Assembly: GCA_038087875.1 (NCBI GenBank)
Contig: CM075999.1
Location: 2,854,001 to 2,918,000, forward strand
Reading direction: 5' to 3'
Source: Malacoraja senta
Lineage: Eukaryota
Length of the DNA: 64,000 nt
The position numbers and the translations under genes were made by a program. Below, one piece after another: positions 59,546 to 64,000 of this stretch (its first letter is position 1; every line of letters starts with the position of its first letter). The notes below the pieces were generated by a model, which made no database searches, was not told the origin of the DNA, and worked only from the letters and a program-made list of their open reading frames with translations.

Positions 59546-59898
59546 AGGGCCTGTCCCACTGTACGAAGTAATTCAAGACTTCTCCCGAGTTTTCCCCTGA
59601 TTCGAACTCGGAGAATGTCCATAGCGGGTCCGTAGTAGTTCGTGGATGTCTCGTAGCGGCTCGTATGAGTAATGGCAGGTACTCAGGAAATCCGGTAAAC
59701 TCGTGACGTTTTTTCAACACTGAAAAATGTCCACGAGTAATAAAATACTCATGATGAAAAAAAGTTACTTTTTACTCGTACGAGCCGCTACGAGACATCC
59801 ACGAACTCCTACGGACCCGCTATGGACATTCTCCGAGTTCGAATCAGGGGAAAACTCGGGAGAACTCTTGAATTACCTCGTACAGTGGGACAGGCCCA
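59546..59898. mobile_element. PIF/Harbinger-type palindromic MITE inserted in a CR1 tail
   Basis: GGGCCTGTCCCACTGTACG termini, long inverted arms, TAA TSD; the host sequence rejoins as ...tatctaa|ctctcttg. Confidence 0.88.
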
Positions 59899-60924
59899 TA
59901 ACTCTCTTGAAAACATCCAGTGAATTGGCCTCCACTGCCTTCTGTGGCAGAGAATTCCACAGAATTCCTCTTTGGCATTGATCTGTGGTTATCATTTACT
60001 TCTCCATTGATTTCCCCTCCAGCTTTTTTTCCATGGGCTAGATGCAGACAGCTGCTTTTCACCTAGGCTGTTAAAATCAATATTGCAACTTATATAATAC
60101 CACTTTTCAACAACTCTTCCCACTGTTTGGCTGAGAGGAGGTAAGGTCAATATTTGATTTTGACAATCGTACACACATTAAACTGCTCTAAAAATCCCAA
60201 GGCCTTTGGAATTATGCAGCAGAATCCCTTTATACATAGGTGACATTGATTTTCCCATCATTTATTCATTTGTATTGTGCTGAAGCTGCACTTGTGATTA
60301 TGCTATTTATATATTTTCTTTCACATTCAAGGTGGCACAGCTGCTACCTCCCAGCGCCAGAGACCACGCTTCAATCCTGACCCCGGGCGCTGTCTGTGTG
60401 GAGTTTGCATGTTCTCCCTGTGACCGTGTGGGATTCCTCCCACACCCCAAAGCTGGGGGCAGGTAGATAGGTTAATTGGCCACGGAAAATTGCCCCAAGT
60501 GTGCAGGGAGTGGATGCAGAAGTGGGGTAACGGGGAACTAGTGTGAACGGGTGATCGATGGTCAGCATCGACCTGGTGGGCTGAAGGGCCTGTTTCCAGG
60601 CTTTATCTCAACACTGAAACTAAATACTCTACTATTCTGCGCAGAATAATGTTGTTCAACTCATGGTGTCTGTATGGGTCTTTGATAGTTTATTACACAC
60701 AATGCAGATAGTTTAACGATTTGTCATAGTTGTACAGAACCAGGGCCTTCGGCCCAAAACTTCCATGCTGGCTATGTCTTATCTACACTTAAAAACTGCA
60801 ATCCCTGCTACACCACTGTCACCCAATGCAAATTGCGTTAATCTATTTTAGTCTGTGAAAATGATATTGTGCAGAATACTATGTTTCCATTGCTTTTAAG
60901 AGGTGATTCCTATATTTTTTATAC

Positions 60925-61562
60925 TGAAAGTAAACATGCAGGTAGAACAGGCAGTGAAGAAAGCTAATGGCATGTTGGCCTTCATAACGAGAGGATTTGA
61001 ATATAGGAGTAAAGAGGTCCTTGTGAGACCACATCTGGAGTATTGTGTGCAGTTTTGGTCTCCTACTTTGAGGAAGGACATCCTTGCTATTGAGGGAGTG
61101 CAGCGTAGGTTCACGAGGTTAATCCCCAGGATGGCGGGACTGTCGTATGAGGAAAGATTGGAAAAAGTGGGCTTGTATTCATTGGAGTTTAGAAGGATGA
61201 GAGGGTATCTTATAGAAACGAATAAAATTATAACTGGACTGGACAAGCTAGATGCAGGAAAAATGTTCCCAACGACGGGGAAGTCCAGAACCAGGGGCCA
61301 CAGCCTAAGAATAAAGGTGAGGCCACCTAAAACTGAGATGAGAAAAAACGTTTTCACCCAGAGAGTTGTGAATTTGTGGAATTCCCTGCCACAGAAGGCA
61401 GTGGAGGCCAATTCACTGGATGAATTTAAAAGAGAGTTAGGTAGCAGAATCAAGGGATATGGGGAGAAGGCAGGCACGGATTACTGATTGTGGATGATCA
61501 GCCATGATCACAATGCATGGCTCGAAGGGCCAAATGGTCTCCTCCTGTACCTATTTTCTATG
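60925..61562 (+). mobile_element. CR1/HER1-like LINE 3' fragment
   Basis: ORF 60903-61487 KKANGMLAFITRG...RPHLEYCVQFWSP...[10 protein letters not shown]. Confidence 0.9.
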
Positions 61563-64000
61563 TTTACTATGGCACAATTATAAACATTTACAAAATAAGC
61601 ATGTAGCACAGTTTATGATTTACAGAGCTGAAGGGAAACTGGATAGGTCTTCCACTTGCCCAGGACATCCCCAGTTGCTGGGTGTCTTCTCTGGTGATGC
61701 TCTGCCAGGCTGTATTACAGCCATCTTTAGCTTATGCTTGTTTTGGGGGCTAGTCACCTTCAGTTTTCTGAGCTCTAATTACATTATAAATGTGTTACTG
61801 TGACTGAAACAGTCACGGTGGCGCAGCGGTAGAGTTGCTGCCTTACAGCGAATGCAGCGCCAGAGACCCGGGTTCGATCCTGAGCACGGGTGCTGTGTGT
61901 ACGGAGTTTGCACGTTCTCCCCGTGACCTGCGTGGGTTTTCTCCGAGATCTTCGGTTTCCACCCACATTCCAAAGACGTACAGGTATGTAGGTTAATTGG
62001 CTTGGTAAATGTTTTTTTTTAATTGTTCCTAGTGTGTGTAGGATAGTACGGGGATCGCTGGTCGGCGCGGACCCGGTGGGCCTGTTTCCACGCTGTTTCT
62101 CTAAACTAAACTAAAGGGAGGGTTGGTGCCTGATGTTACCAGGCACTGCACCCCTCCGAATGACGGAAAATCCACACGTGTAAATCCCAAATTATAAACA
62201 AAATGCACATATGATTTAGAATTGTGCTGTGGTGATATACTTGGATTCATCACCAAAAACAAGATCACAATTTCAACTTTTTAAAAAAACTGGCTGCGGT
62301 ATTTTGGACTCAAAACTAATTATTTTGCCTCATTTGCAAGATGGTTCATTACAGCTTCAAGCTTGGAATTAAGCAGAAGCTCCCAATCGAGTGGGTGGAA
62401 CAAAATAAAGGGGTAAAGTCACGATTTCGGCTGATTCATTGTTAATTAACCTACAAGATTCACTGGTGTAGACATCAATGTTTTCAGAAGAGAGGATAAA
62501 ATGAAAATTAGTAGGTTGGTCCACCTTTAGAGGGCGGCACATGGGCACAACGGTAGTGTTGTTGCCTTGCAGCGCCAGAGACCCGTGTTCGATCCTCACT
62601 ACGGGTGCTGTCTGTACAGAATTTGTACGTTCTCCCCGTGACCAAGTGGGTTTTCTCCAGCTGCTATCTCCCATATTCCAAAGACGTGCAGGTTTGTAGG
62701 TTAATTGGCTTTGGGGGGGGAAAAATGGATATTGTCCCCAGTCTGTGTCGGATAGTGTTTGGGTTTACGGGGATCGCTGGTTGGCATGGACTCGGTAGGC
62801 TGAAGAGCCTGTTGCCGTGCTGTATCTCTAAACTAAACATTGAGTTTAGAAGACCAAAATAATGTGATAGCATTAGATCCTGAACCGGGTTGGAGTTGGT
62901 TACTATCTTAAAACAAAAACTTTGGATCAATAGTTGAACATTTAAAGGCTGTAAACCTTTGTAATTCTCCGCCCCAAAATATATTTGAGGCTGGAATAAG
63001 TTGACAGTAGGCTGGGGCTTCTTAAACTATTCCAACCCCATTTATGCATTTACAACATTTAAGCTGTGTGTGGCGCAGTGGTAGAGTTGCTGCCTCACAG
63101 CACCAGAGACCCAGGTTCAATCCTGACTACGGGTGCTGTCTGTACGGAGATTGCATGTTCTCCCCGTGACTGCGTGGGTTTACTCCGGGTGCTCCGCTTA
63201 CCTCCCACATTCCAAAGACGTGCAAGATTGGAGGCTAATTGGATTTGGTAAAGATTGTAAATTGTCCCTAGTAGGTAGGATAAAAGGATTACTGTCAGCG
63301 TGGACTGTGGGCCGAGGGGCCAGTTTTCACGCTGTATCTCTAAACCACATTAGTCATTTTGCTTGGAAAAGCTTACTTGGAAATACAACTGTTCAGTCAT
63401 AAAAGGTCACCATGAATAATTAGAATGTCTCAAAACCAAGGAGTTGATTACGAACTATGATTCAGTATTTTATAGCATAGGATATTAGTCATTTTCACTT
63501 CAGTATTAAGACATTAAATGCAAGAGCAAAACACAAACTGCTGTAGGAACTCAATGGGTCAGGCAGCATCAATGGAGGATTTAGATAGCCAATGTTTTGG
63601 GTCAGGACCCTTCTTCAGTCTGAAGACCCTGCTCCAGCATTTGCAGTTCTTTGGGTATAAATATTTGAGCCATTTGGGGCACTAGGTGCTAAGAACGTCG
63701 GAAATCATAAAAACCCAAGGAATGCTTCCAATATCTCTTAAAAATAGCGGAGTCAGGGGATATGGGGAGAAGGCAAGAACGGGGTACTGATTGGGGATGA
63801 TCAGCCATGATCACATTGAATGGCGGTGCTGGCTCAAAGGGCCGAATGGCCTACTCCTGCACATATTGTCTATTGTCTAATATGTATAAATTCTCACATT
63901 GAGCCAAAACACCACCTATTCCTTTTCCCCCCCAGAGATGCTGCCTGACCCACTGAGTTACTCCAGCACTTTGTGTCTATCTTGAGAAGATTCTATTGGG

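Overview
Eukaryotic, repeat-rich vertebrate DNA. The repeat content (V-SINE/HE1-like tRNA SINEs, HER1/CR1 LINE tails, Penelope-like elements) points to a cartilaginous fish, probably a skate or ray (inference). There are two spliced genes on the + strand. (1) The 3' half of a DCBLD-family receptor (F5/8 discoidin domain, stalk, TM helix, YxxP tail; 8 exons, 2791-22491). (2) A complete TAF12 gene (CpG-island first exon ending 26954, coding exons 34798-58478) whose open frame has a 51-aa N-terminal extension ahead of the canonical start. Introns and intergenic DNA are filled with SINEs, CR1, Rex1/Babar, L2 and Penelope fragments, Harbinger- and mariner-type MITEs, and a full-length-bounded DIRS element. 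Most notable: two unrelated short TSD-flanked retroelements (5514-5645 and 43126-43280), each starting with a minimal HDV-like self-cleaving ribozyme fold at its 5' boundary. Also notable: a frameshifting tandem exon duplicate in the DCBLD-like gene, and a DIRS whose RT core appears to be replaced by an unknown ~90-bp repeat cargo. Most ORFs in the supplied track are repeat-derived or spurious.
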